Counted from the first letter of the stretch, positions 9,806-18,590 are shown. The stretch is 64,000 bases of DNA from Prochloraceae cyanobacterium (GCA_040377855.1 JBEINY010000001.1:6814-70813); one strand, 5' to 3'. The notes: generated by a model not told the origin, from the sequence alone. Numbers and translations: made by a program.

Positions 9806-10882
9806 ATGCCCTCCGCCGGTGACGTTGTGGTGATCGGGGGAGGGCTGGCCGGATCCCTGGCGGCCCTGGCACTCGCGGAGACGGGCTGGCGGGTCAAGTT
9901 GCTGGTGAGCGACGACCCCGGCCCTGACGCCACCGCCCTCAGTTACGGAGGGGTGGCCTGGTGGGCCGGGCCCCCGGGGCCCCGGGGGGCCCTGATGCGC
10001 CAGGCCCCACGCCAGTGGAGGCAATGGCAACGGCGTCACGGCGATCTCGGCTGGCGGCGTTGCCGGCTCCAGCTCCATGGGGCCCCGACCTGGGAACGGT
10101 TCCGGCCCTGGAGGTTCTCCAGGGTGGATGGCCAGGTGCTCGCGCAACGGCTGCCCGCAGCGCTGCTGGCCATGGGTGTGGAGCGGCTGCCGATCGCCCC
10201 GCTGGGGCCCTTGCAGCTGGAGAACCCCCACACCGGGAGCGCCGACCGGGGCCTTGTGGTGGTGCTCCCCCGGGGTGAGAGGGTGCCCACGGATCGGGTG
10301 GTGCTGGCCGCCGGAGCGGGCTGCCGAACCCTCTGGCCGACGCTGACCCCGGTGCTGCGCTCCAGCTGGGCCGGGGTGCTGACGGCGAGCCAGCGGCCCC
10401 CCGGTCGGCGGGGGGATCAGGTGCGACTACCCCGCCACTGGCAGCGGCCGGCGCTGGAGCGTCGGGCTGCTTCCCTGACAACGGAGGAATGGATCGTGGA
10501 TCCCGGCCTGGCCCCCCGGGGGGCGGGGCTGCTCGCCGGTCAGATCAGCCTGGTGGCGCCAGGCCTGGCGACGATCCCGGGCCCCGACCCGGCCCTGATG
10601 GACAGACGCCTGCGGCAGGGGCTGGGGGCGTGGGATCCGGCCCTGGCCGGGCTTGAGGCCCCTTACCGCCAGACGGCGGTGGCCTTCAGCACCGACGGCC
10701 TCCCCCTGGTGGGCCCTCTGCCCGACCAGCCTCGCCTCTGGCTCTTCAGCGGGTTCAGCGGGGCCTTCAGCCAGGTGCCCGTCCTGGCCCCGATCCTGGC
10801 CAAGGCCCTGACCAGGTCCCTGCACGAACCATCCCCCTCAGGGCTGGCCCCCCTGGCAGTCCTCGGTGTGCTTCCCCGTTGA
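9806..10882 (+). CDS. FAD-dependent oxidoreductase (DAO/glycine-oxidase-like family)
   Basis: N-terminal dinucleotide fold DVVVIGGGLAGSLAALALAE. Length is 358 aa, and it starts 3 nt after the psbP stop. Confidence 0.75.
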   Translation: MPSAGDVVVIGGGLAGSLAALALAETGWRVKLLVSDDPGPDATALSYGGVAWWAGPPGPRGALMRQAPRQWRQWQRRHGDLGWRRCRLQLHGAPTWERFRPWRFSRVDGQVLAQRLPAALLAMGVERLPIAPLGPLQLENPHTGSADRGLVVVLPRGERVPTDRVVLAAGAGCRTLWPTLTPVLRSSWAGVLTASQRPPGRRGDQVRLPRHWQRPALERRAASLTTEEWIVDPGLAPRGAGLLAGQISLVAPGLATIPGPDPALMDRRLRQGLGAWDPALAGLEAPYRQTAVAFSTDGLPLVGPLPDQPRLWLFSGFSGAFSQVPVLAPILAKALTRSLHEPSPSGLAPLAVLGVLPR

Positions 10883-10956
10883 ACAGCGAGGGCCAGCAAC
10901 GGAATCCTCACCATCCACTGCAGAAAGCATCCCCACCCTCCGCCAAGCTGGCCGCC

Positions 10957-12306
10957 ATGGTTCCTTCCCCATCCGAGGCTCCAGGCCCCCAGGCCATGCC
11001 CGCCCCTGCCACCAAAGGCGCAGGCCCCCTGCGGCCATGGCACGCCCTCAGTGACCACGACCAGGTGGGGGTCTGCCTGGCAGCGGTGAGTGGTGCCCTG
11101 GTGCTCTGGGGTCTGTTCTGGCCCGTGCCCACGGAGGTGATCGGCCAGGGGGTGCTGCTCTCCGCCGACCGCGCCGGCCTGGTCAATGCCCGGTTCGGTG
11201 GCCAGGTGCGTCGCATGCTCGTGCGCACCGGGGAGCGGGTAAGCCGGGGCCAGGTGCTGATGGAGCTCGATCTGCCGGTGCAGGACAAGGAGCTGATCCA
11301 GCAACAAGCCAACCTGCTGCAGCTGGAACGGCAGAACCGGGAGCTGGATGAGCGCGACCGCCAACGGTTACGCACGGAACGGGCCACCCTCGACACCACC
11401 GTCGCCAAGCTGGCCGATGACCGACGTCGCTACCAGACCCTCCAGGCCACCTATCAGGCCAAACTGCGCAACCTTGAGTGGTTATCCCGACGCCAGGTGG
11501 TGGCGCCCCTGGCCCAGGAAGTGGTGGGTGCCGAGCAGGGCCTGACCAGCACCAGCGTCAGCCTTGACGAGGTGAAGATCAAGGAGAAAGCTGCCCTCAC
11601 GGCCTACCAGCAGGTCAAGCTCAACCTCGAGACCGAAGCCCTGCAGCGACGCTTCCGGATCTCCGACCTCCGACGTCAGATCGGAGTGACCGAGGCCCGC
11701 AACAGCTTCGAGGGGCGGATCCATGCCCAGCGGAGCGGCACGGTGCTTGATCTTCAGGTGATCGAGGGGCAGACGGTGGCCACCGGTCAGCGGCTGGGCA
11801 CAATCGGGGATCCCGACCTGGGCAGCGACCGCCGTCGCCCCCTGCAGGCCGTGGCCTACTTCCCACCGGGAGATGCCCGACGGCTGCCCCAGGGGTTGCC
11901 CCTGGAGGTGGTCCCCCTCTGGAACCAGCGCTCCCGGTTCGGAGGCATCATCGGCCGGGTACGGCGGGTGTCCACCTTGCCGGCGACCCCCGAAGACATC
12001 GCCACCAACACCGGCAACCCCCAGCTGGCCGAGGACCTGGTGCGCCAGGGGCCGGTGATGCGGGTCGACATCGACCTGCTGCGGGATGCCGGCACCAGCG
12101 ACGGCTACCGCTGGACGATTTCCTCCGGCAGCTCAGTCTTCCCCGTGCGGGAAGGGCTGACCATCACCGGTCACGCCTACGTGGAATGGCGCCCGCCGAT
12201 CAGCTATCTGCTGCCGGGCCTGCGGTCGCTCACCGGTGGGTACCGCTCTCCCAGGATCGACAGCCGCTGGAACGAACCGGCCCTGCGCCAGAGCCCACCC
12301 CCCTGA
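10957..12306 (+). CDS. HlyD-family membrane-fusion/secretion protein, resembling the NHLM-bacteriocin-system type
   Basis: The track start 10879 is TTG, and I prefer ATG 10957. One TM helix (VCLAAVSGALVLWGLFW), a lipoyl-like hairpin (GQVRRMLVRTGERVSRGQVLMELD), a long coiled coil, and a C-terminal tail (GYRWTISSGSS...GLTITGHAYVEWRPPISYLLP) as I remember for TIGR03794-type proteins. Confidence 0.8.
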   Translation: MVPSPSEAPGPQAMPAPATKGAGPLRPWHALSDHDQVGVCLAAVSGALVLWGLFWPVPTEVIGQGVLLSADRAGLVNARFGGQVRRMLVRTGERVSRGQVLMELDLPVQDKELIQQQANLLQLERQNRELDERDRQRLRTERATLDTTVAKLADDRRRYQTLQATYQAKLRNLEWLSRRQVVAPLAQEVVGAEQGLTSTSVSLDEVKIKEKAALTAYQQVKLNLETEALQRRFRISDLRRQIGVTEARNSFEGRIHAQRSGTVLDLQVIEGQTVATGQRLGTIGDPDLGSDRRRPLQAVAYFPPGDARRLPQGLPLEVVPLWNQRSRFGGIIGRVRRVSTLPATPEDIATNTGNPQLAEDLVRQGPVMRVDIDLLRDAGTSDGYRWTISSGSSVFPVREGLTITGHAYVEWRPPISYLLPGLRSLTGGYRSPRIDSRWNEPALRQSPPP

Positions 12307-12387
12307 GACCCCTCGGTCCTGGGAGGCCCCGTCCTGCGGCTCCCCAGTCCCCTCCCCCCGGCACGTCCCCCGCTTGAGCACCCGGCC

Positions 12388-12576
12388 ATGGCCCCCCGCT
12401 TCCGCCTCAACGCCAACCCCCTGCTCCGCCGGGAACTGCCCTGGTTGATCAGCGAAGTGGTGCTGCTGATTGTGCTCTGTCAGGCCAATGCGCCGGAGCT
12501 GTGGTTCTGGCTGGTGGTGCTGCTGGTGATCCTGGGGTATCGGATCGAGCGCTGGTTCAGCGCCAGGCCAGGGTGA
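12388..12576 (+). CDS. small putative membrane protein (2 TM)
   Basis: 62 aa with an ATG start and two hydrophobic helices (LISEVVLLIVLC, LWFWLVVLLVILGY). No recognisable family. Confidence 0.35.
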   Translation: MAPRFRLNANPLLRRELPWLISEVVLLIVLCQANAPELWFWLVVLLVILGYRIERWFSARPG

Positions 12577-12588
12577 ATCGAGGCCGAA

Positions 12589-14382
12589 TCAAGGCCCTGA
12601 CGGCAACTGCAGGGTGGGGGCCAGGGGGGCCTGGGGATCGGTGGGCATCGGCAGCAGCTCCCGCAGCAGCTGGGCGTAGGTGAGGTTCACCGAGACGGTG
12701 GCGTTGAGCCGTTGCACCAGGCTGGTGATCAACCGCTCCTGGGTGTTCGAGAGATCGAGTTCGGAGGAGAGCCCCGTGGCATAGCGGAGCCTCACATCAC
12801 GGAAGGCCTCGAGGGATGCGGCCACTCCGCGCCGCGCCGCGGCCAGACGGGCCAGGCTGGCTTCGTGCTGAAGGAAAGCGCGCTCCAGCCGCACCCTGAT
12901 CCGGTTGCGCTGGTCGGCGAACTGCTGGGTCGTGGCCGCCTCGCGCCGGCTCACCGCTGCTGCCTGCGCGCTGGTGCTGCCCCAGTCGAAGAGCAACCAG
13001 CGCACCGCCAGCCCCACCGACCAGTCGCTGCCGCCGGTTGTGGTGTAAGGCACCACCGTGGAGCCGCAGCAGCCGCCAGCCCAGACGTTGATGTTGTCGT
13101 TGCCGGTGGTGCCGCCGCTGAACCCCGCACTGGCGAACAGCGACAACCGCGGCAACAGGGCCGCCACCACGGCATCCCGCTGGCGGGCGAGGGCGTCGCG
13201 GGTGGCCAGGATCGCCTCCAGCTCGGGATTGCCCTTGTAGGCCGCCAGCAGACTGGCCTCGAGGTTCAGGGGCCAGCGGGGCTGGAGCCGCACCGGATCG
13301 CTGGCTCTCGGGATCCGATTGGCGGGCAGATTGAGCAGGGCTGCCAGTTGGAGGCGGGCCACCTTCTGGTCGGCGATCGCCTGGATCAGGGCCTCCTGAT
13401 CACCGGCCTCGATGGCGCGGCGGCGCAACACATCCAGGCGAGGTCGAAGACCCGCTGCCTGCAGATCGAGGGTGTCCTGGAGGATCAGCACGTCGTTCCG
13501 CACGGCGGCGTCCCGGATGAGGACCAGCTGGTCGGCCTGCTGCAGCTGGTAGTAAGCCTCGCTGATCTCGAGCTGCAGCAGACGCAACTGGCTTCCGTAG
13601 CTCTGGCGGGATTCACGCAACAGCGCCCGGGCCTGCTGGATCCGAGCTTCCCGGACCGGCTCCAACACGGCCAGATCCAGCAGCAGGCCGGCGTCGTAGC
13701 TGTTGGTGGTGGTGATCAGGCTGGCGGATCCACCACTGGGCACATAGAAGGCACCGGGAGTGGGTACGGGGAGGCCACCGTTTAACCCGGGGGCCAGCAG
13801 GCCATTGGCGGAGAACTGGGGTCCAAGGCCGAGGGCACCGTTGCCGATCGGGGCGGTCAACACCTGGAACGACTGGCCGGTGCCGGCATCGGCGAAGGCC
13901 CTGAGGGTGGGCCACCGGGTTGCCAGCAGCGCCTTCAGCTCGTCGAAGGCGGCAGCCACCCGTTCCCGCTGGGCCTGAACGGCAGGATTGGCGGCGAAGC
14001 CGAGGGCCAGAGCCTGCTCCAGGCTGATCGGCAGCGCCTGCCGCGATGACAGGTCCGGAGCCGTTGGCAGGCTGAGGGGCGGTGGCGCCAGGATCCCCGG
14101 CGCAGCGGCTGCGGGGCTACGGGGCGCGGAACCCGGCTGGGACGGCGGCTGCAGGGCCTCCTCCGGCAGCAGTCGATCCAGCTCCGCCAACTGACGATCC
14201 AGCTCACTCCATCGGCGCTGCAACCGGTCGACCCCCGGCTCGGACAGGGGGTTGGCGAGCGGGGCAGGCAGCAAGGGTGCCGGGGTGATCGAAGGCTGGG
14301 GCCTGACCTGGGCGAGGGTTCCACCCTGGAGCAGGAGGCTGCCGGCCAGCACGATCAGCAGGGGCCGACGAGGTTCAACCAT
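12589..14382 (-). CDS. TolC-family outer-membrane efflux protein
   Basis: The track start 14418 is TTG, and I prefer ATG 14382 (MVEPRRPLLIVLAGSLLLQGG, a signal peptide). Two repeated OEP-type halves with long helical segments and Gly/Ser/Thr-rich beta segments. Confidence 0.85.
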   Translation of the reverse strand: MVEPRRPLLIVLAGSLLLQGGTLAQVRPQPSITPAPLLPAPLANPLSEPGVDRLQRRWSELDRQLAELDRLLPEEALQPPSQPGSAPRSPAAAAPGILAPPPLSLPTAPDLSSRQALPISLEQALALGFAANPAVQAQRERVAAAFDELKALLATRWPTLRAFADAGTGQSFQVLTAPIGNGALGLGPQFSANGLLAPGLNGGLPVPTPGAFYVPSGGSASLITTTNSYDAGLLLDLAVLEPVREARIQQARALLRESRQSYGSQLRLLQLEISEAYYQLQQADQLVLIRDAAVRNDVLILQDTLDLQAAGLRPRLDVLRRRAIEAGDQEALIQAIADQKVARLQLAALLNLPANRIPRASDPVRLQPRWPLNLEASLLAAYKGNPELEAILATRDALARQRDAVVAALLPRLSLFASAGFSGGTTGNDNINVWAGGCCGSTVVPYTTTGGSDWSVGLAVRWLLFDWGSTSAQAAAVSRREAATTQQFADQRNRIRVRLERAFLQHEASLARLAAARRGVAASLEAFRDVRLRYATGLSSELDLSNTQERLITSLVQRLNATVSVNLTYAQLLRELLPMPTDPQAPLAPTLQLPSGP

Positions 14383-15457
14383 GGTGCCGCTCCCGCCAGT
14401 GGTCTTCAGTGTGTGCAATCACCAGCTGGGCCTGACGGCAGAGCACGAGGCGAGAGGCCAGGTGCTGGAGTGGCTCCAGGGGCAAGGCCTCGACCACCGA
14501 GCTCTGGAGCCAGGGTTCCAGGGCGAGCCAGGGGTCGGGCCAGGGAGGCCCAGCGGACGGGGCCGGCGGCGGCAACGGTGAGCCTTCAGGATTCTGCTGC
14601 AGCTGATTTCGCCAGAGCCGAAGACGAGCGGCCACGGCAGTGAGCAGGGCAGCTTCAGCCGCCGGCAGGGCGGCCTGGGCCTCCGACACGGCTTCCATCG
14701 TTCGCCCCCGGCGGTCGGCCGAGCCGAACCCCTGCACGACCCCGATCAGCTGCGAGCAGGAGGCATCGAAGCGATCCAGCAGTCGATCGATGGGGTGATC
14801 CTGGGGCAGGCTGCCGAGTTCCTCCCGCACCTGGGGGCGCAGGGCCCGCAGGCTGGCCAGCCTGGTGCGCAGGTCGACGATCGTGCGGCGGTGCTGAAGC
14901 CGATCGTGGCCGGGGCCAGCGCTGCCGGACTGCAGACCATCCGCCTGCTTCTGGATGCTGACGGCCAGGTGCTCGAGCAGATCGCCCAGCTCACGCCAGG
15001 AGGTGATCACGGCCGACGACGGCCACAGCAGGCGGAGGCTGATCAGCGACACGAGAATGCCGAGGGCGGTCCAGAACAGGCGCAGGTGCAGCCACTCGCC
15101 GAGTTGATCGTCATGGACGAGCCAGCCCATGACCAGGATCAGACCGCCGACCTTGTAGCCCACCTTCAGGTTCAACAGGCCACCCAGCAGGCGCAGGCTC
15201 GCCATGGCGATGGCCAGACCAAGGGGCATCGGCAGGTTCTGAAGGCCCCGCAGACCGATCGTCAACACGACAGTGCCCAGCAGGGAGCCCAGCAATCGCT
15301 GACGTCCGAGACCGAGGGCGCCGCCATAGGAACCGGTGCTGACCGCCAGCACCGTGATGCCGAGGTAGTAGTTGAACGGCAGAGCGGTGATCGCACCGAA
15401 GCCGGTGGCCAGCCCGGCGGTGAGCGCAAGGCGAAGGTCCTGACGGGTGATCAGCAT
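14375..15457 (-). CDS. half-size FUSC/ArAE (aromatic-acid exporter) family membrane protein
   Basis: 360 aa. An N-terminal ~150-aa multi-TM domain (LRLALTAGLATGFGAITALP...) is followed by a helical cytoplasmic domain. Its stop overlaps the TolC ATG (ATGGTTGA at 14375-14382). Confidence 0.75.
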   Translation of the reverse strand: MLITRQDLRLALTAGLATGFGAITALPFNYYLGITVLAVSTGSYGGALGLGRQRLLGSLLGTVVLTIGLRGLQNLPMPLGLAIAMASLRLLGGLLNLKVGYKVGGLILVMGWLVHDDQLGEWLHLRLFWTALGILVSLISLRLLWPSSAVITSWRELGDLLEHLAVSIQKQADGLQSGSAGPGHDRLQHRRTIVDLRTRLASLRALRPQVREELGSLPQDHPIDRLLDRFDASCSQLIGVVQGFGSADRRGRTMEAVSEAQAALPAAEAALLTAVAARLRLWRNQLQQNPEGSPLPPPAPSAGPPWPDPWLALEPWLQSSVVEALPLEPLQHLASRLVLCRQAQLVIAHTEDHWRERHHG

Positions 15458-16500
15458 GGAGACCGCCGCCAGAGATGCTGCAGGCTCACCAGATTCGCCT
15501 CCAGGGGTTTCTGCTCTTCGGCCAGGGCCAGGAGCAACAGCAGGGGGAGGCGCCGCTCCTCGGCCAGGCTCCGCCAGCCTTGGGGAGCGACCAAAGCGGG
15601 GGCAGGCGAGGCCGGAGCGGGGGGCCCCTGGAGCAGAAACGCCAGGCGATCAAGGGATTCCGGCAACGGCTGGAGGGGACCCTCCAGGGGCCAGGGAACA
15701 CCGGCCAGGAGGCTTTCCCAATGCAGCCAGTGGGCCTGCACCTGCTGCCACAGCAACAGTTTCTGACGCCAGCGCTGGCGCCGGATGGTCCGGCCGTGGG
15801 GTCCCCGCGACTCCCGACGCACCAGACCGTCGATCGCCTGCAGGCGGGCCGCCATCGGGGCGGCAGCCAACGGGACCGGTGGCGGCCCCTGGCGCCGGGT
15901 CAGCCAGTGGCGGTAGGCCTCCAGCTGCCGCTGCAGGGTCTGGCGGCTGGCCGTTTCCAGGTCCTGCAGCTGGGCCAGGACATCCAGGGGCCAGAAGAGG
16001 CGACCGACGGCGATGGCGATCAGGCAGCCCACGGCGGTGTCGACGCTGCGGTTGAAGACGTAATCCCAGTTCAGGGCCACATGGCTGGGAATCATCAGAA
16101 ACATGATCGCGATCAGGGTGGCGGTGCCCGTGGCCGACTGCCAGCCCAGCCGCCTGAGCAGGGGCAACATCACCAGAAACGAAACCAGCACTCCGATCCA
16201 GCCGACGAGAATCGTATGCAACACGAAGGTGACCAGGCCACCGAGGAGCGTGCCGCCGATCCGGGCCGTCGCCTGACCAAGGGTCTGGTCGGTGTTGTCG
16301 TCAAGCACCACGACGACCGCCAGCAGCGGATACCAGACAAAGGCAATGCGCTCACACCAGGTGGCCACCGCTGCCGTGATCAGGATGGCCGCGCCCAGCC
16401 TCAGGCTGTTCCGCAGTAGCTGGGACTCCAAGCGGCGCCGCAACAGATCGTGCCGATTGTGGCGCGTTCCTGCAGCGATGCTGACGATTGGGGCATGCAA
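15451..16500 (-). CDS. half-size FUSC/ArAE family membrane protein (paralogue of the downstream gene)
   Basis: 349 aa with the same architecture (LRLGAAILITAAVATW...ARIGGTLLGGLVTFVL). The start is uncertain because the track start is TTG. Its stop overlaps the next ATG (ATGCTGA at 15451-15457). Confidence 0.72.
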   Translation of the reverse strand: MHAPIVSIAAGTRHNRHDLLRRRLESQLLRNSLRLGAAILITAAVATWCERIAFVWYPLLAVVVVLDDNTDQTLGQATARIGGTLLGGLVTFVLHTILVGWIGVLVSFLVMLPLLRRLGWQSATGTATLIAIMFLMIPSHVALNWDYVFNRSVDTAVGCLIAIAVGRLFWPLDVLAQLQDLETASRQTLQRQLEAYRHWLTRRQGPPPVPLAAAPMAARLQAIDGLVRRESRGPHGRTIRRQRWRQKLLLWQQVQAHWLHWESLLAGVPWPLEGPLQPLPESLDRLAFLLQGPPAPASPAPALVAPQGWRSLAEERRLPLLLLLALAEEQKPLEANLVSLQHLWRRSPC

Positions 16501-16511
16501 ACGATGGCGTG

Positions 16512-17021
16512 ATGACGATCAACGATCTGAACCCCGACCTGGATGCCCTGATGCGCATGGGCATGTCGGTGCTCTGTGCGCTGGCGGTGGGGCTCAACCG
16601 GGCCCACCACGGCACCACACCCCATCCGAACCGATTGCGGGTGCATGTGCTGGTGGGCCTGAGCGCCTGTCTTCTGGTGCTGGCCGCCGGGCATGATCCC
16701 AATTCCCGCAGCCGGGCCATCCAGGGCGTGGCCACCGGCGTGGGCTTTCTGGGGGCCGGGGAAATCCTGGTGCCCCCCGGCAATGGCCGTGATCGAGCAC
16801 CCGAGGTGCGAGGGCTGACCAGTGCGGCATCGATCTGGTTCACGGCCGCCCTGGGAGTGAGTGTGGCGGCCTCCACCCCGTCCCTGGCCTTCCTGGCCCT
16901 GGCCCTGGTCACCCTCACCAGCACCCAGGGGGCCGGCGGCAAGCTGATGCCGGCCATCGATCCGAGCCTGGCCGGCCAGGCCGAGGTTCAGGACCCCAGG
17001 GACGCCACGCCCCCTTCCTGA
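16512..17021 (+). CDS. MgtC/SapB family membrane protein
   Basis: I prefer ATG 16512 over the TTG at 16488. MgtC-type motifs are present: LAVGLNR...R..VLVGLSACL...IQGVATGVGFLGAG...GLTSAASIWFTAALGV. Confidence 0.8.
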   Translation: MTINDLNPDLDALMRMGMSVLCALAVGLNRAHHGTTPHPNRLRVHVLVGLSACLLVLAAGHDPNSRSRAIQGVATGVGFLGAGEILVPPGNGRDRAPEVRGLTSAASIWFTAALGVSVAASTPSLAFLALALVTLTSTQGAGGKLMPAIDPSLAGQAEVQDPRDATPPS

Positions 17022-17035
17022 GCGCAATGATCCGC

Positions 17036-17120
17036 CATTGAGGCCTTCAGGGCATTGAGGCGTTCAGGGCATTGAGGCCTTCAGGACATTGAGGCCTTCA
17101 GGACATTGAAACGTTCAGGG
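17036..17120. repeat. 17-bp tandem repeat, 5 full copies plus a 5-nt partial copy
   Basis: The copies are cattgaggccttcaggg / cattgaggcgttcaggg / cattgaggccttcagga / cattgaggccttcagga / cattgaaacgttcaggg, followed by attgg. The repeat sits in the 165-bp convergent intergenic region and starts 15 nt after the mgtC-like stop. Confidence 0.92.
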
Positions 17121-17186
17121 ATTGGACCCTCAGCCGGTCTGGCCTGAGGACATCAGCTGCTCGGCCACGGATGGCCATGGATGGCC

Positions 17187-18155
17187 TCAGAAGAGGAAGC
17201 GATACCTTTTGTCGTTGGCCTCGGAAGGAGTTGGCTGGGCCTTGTCCCCCGAGCCCCGGGGAGGGGTTTCGCCAAGCTCGGCCGAGGTCTGGTCTGGGGC
17301 ATCAGGCTCGGGCCACACCGCCTCCCAGTAGCTGATGCCATCGCGGTAGGTGGGGCGGCCCTCGAGGCGATGGGTCTGCAGACGGGTGCCGCTGATGGCC
17401 GTCACCAGACCCCCGATTTCCATCGGCCCCAGGTCGGTGCTCAGATCCTTGCCTGCGGCCGAAAGCAACATCGGCAACTTCACCAGCTCCGAGGGCTGGG
17501 AGAGCTTCTTCACCAGGGCCTGGATCGCCAACTTCTGGCGCTCCAGGCGACCGATGTCGCCGAGTTCATCGTGGCGGAAGCGCAGGAAGCCTTCCAGATC
17601 CTTCCCCTTCAGCAGCTGGGGGCCGGGCTGCAGGTCGATGTAAAGGCCCTGGGTGCGATCGGTGTAGACCATCCGCTTGGGCACGTTGACCACAATCCCG
17701 CCCAGGGCATCGGCCATGCGCCTGATCGCGGCCAGGTTGATGAGGACATGGTGTTGCACTGGACGGCCGAGGTGCCGCGACAACTCCTCCTTGACGGCCT
17801 CAGGCCCCCCGAGGCTGTAAAGCGCATTGGCCTTCAAGGGGCCAAAACGGCGGGATTCGATGTAGGTGTCGCGGGGAACCTGGGTCACCTCGGTGACGCC
17901 ATTGCGAACCCTCAGCACCGTCATCACGTCAGTGTTGCCACCTCCGACATCGGTGCCGAGCACAACCACGTCCTGGCTGGCGATGCTGGCCCAGCGGCTG
18001 AAGGGATTCACCAGCTGATCAGCCGCTCCAAACCCCTCCCCCTGCAACAGGCGGGCCAGGGGAGCGGAGAGGAGCAGGCCACCACCGAGACCAGCCAGAA
18101 CGGCCAGCAAGATCGAAGGGCGGCGCCGACGCCGGGGGGCTTCTGTTGGGGTCAT
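17187..18155 (-). CDS. LCP (LytR-CpsA-Psr) family protein
   Basis: The track start 18203 is TTG, and I prefer ATG 18155 (MTPTEAPRRRRRPSILLAVLAGLGG, a TM anchor). The LCP core reads TDVMTVLRV...VPRDTYI...KANALY...V..HVLINLAAIRRMADALGGIVVNVP...FLRFRHDELGDIGRLERQ. Confidence 0.85.
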   Translation of the reverse strand: MTPTEAPRRRRRPSILLAVLAGLGGGLLLSAPLARLLQGEGFGAADQLVNPFSRWASIASQDVVVLGTDVGGGNTDVMTVLRVRNGVTEVTQVPRDTYIESRRFGPLKANALYSLGGPEAVKEELSRHLGRPVQHHVLINLAAIRRMADALGGIVVNVPKRMVYTDRTQGLYIDLQPGPQLLKGKDLEGFLRFRHDELGDIGRLERQKLAIQALVKKLSQPSELVKLPMLLSAAGKDLSTDLGPMEIGGLVTAISGTRLQTHRLEGRPTYRDGISYWEAVWPEPDAPDQTSAELGETPPRGSGDKAQPTPSEANDKRYRFLF

Positions 18156-18248
18156 CGGGCTCAACTTATGGCATGCCCTCCGCCTTGACGGATGCAACCG
18201 CAACCCCTTTGCCGAAGAACCCCGGCACCGTGCGGCAGATCCGTCGAC

Positions 18249-18590
18249 CTAACGCCGGCTGGCCGCGAGGGCCTGGAGTCCCAGGCGAAGGTGGGCCGCC
18301 AGGGCACCGAGGGCCATCAGCTGGGGGGCGGTGTAAGCGACCTGCAGGGTCTCTTCCTGGCTGGCAAGCTCCTCCAGCAAAGCCTGGGTGAGGCTTTCGT
18401 GCTGGTGCAGGAGCTCCTGCAGCCGGCCCATGGGATCGGCCGCAGCCTGACCCAGGGCCCCAGGAGAGGCATTCGGATGTTCCAGCTCCCGGGGAGCCTG
18501 CTGCAGCCAGGCGCTCAGCTGTCTGTGGCTGAGGGCATCAGGGGTGGACCAGGACTCGGAGGCCTGATCGGTGGCGTGGTGCCTGTCCAT
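18249..18590 (-). CDS. hypothetical protein
   Basis: 113 aa with an ATG start, helical and Leu/Gln/Ala-rich. It lies co-directionally between the ABC exporter and the LCP gene. No family recognised. Confidence 0.4.
   Translation of the reverse strand: MDRHHATDQASESWSTPDALSHRQLSAWLQQAPRELEHPNASPGALGQAAADPMGRLQELLHQHESLTQALLEELASQEETLQVAYTAPQLMALGALAAHLRLGLQALAASRR

Noticed and set aside
10879-10882. A 4-nt overlap between the FAD oxidoreductase and the HlyD-type gene as evidence for translational coupling.
   Set aside because: The overlap depends on a TTG that is simply the first start-like codon in the frame. An ATG at 10957, just before the TM helix region, is more plausible, so coupling is not demonstrated.
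17036-17125. Could the tandem repeat be a CRISPR array or a coding repeat?
   Set aside because: The units are contiguous with no spacers and are only 17 bp long. The period is not divisible by 3, and every unit carries an in-frame-independent TGA. No cas genes are in the window.
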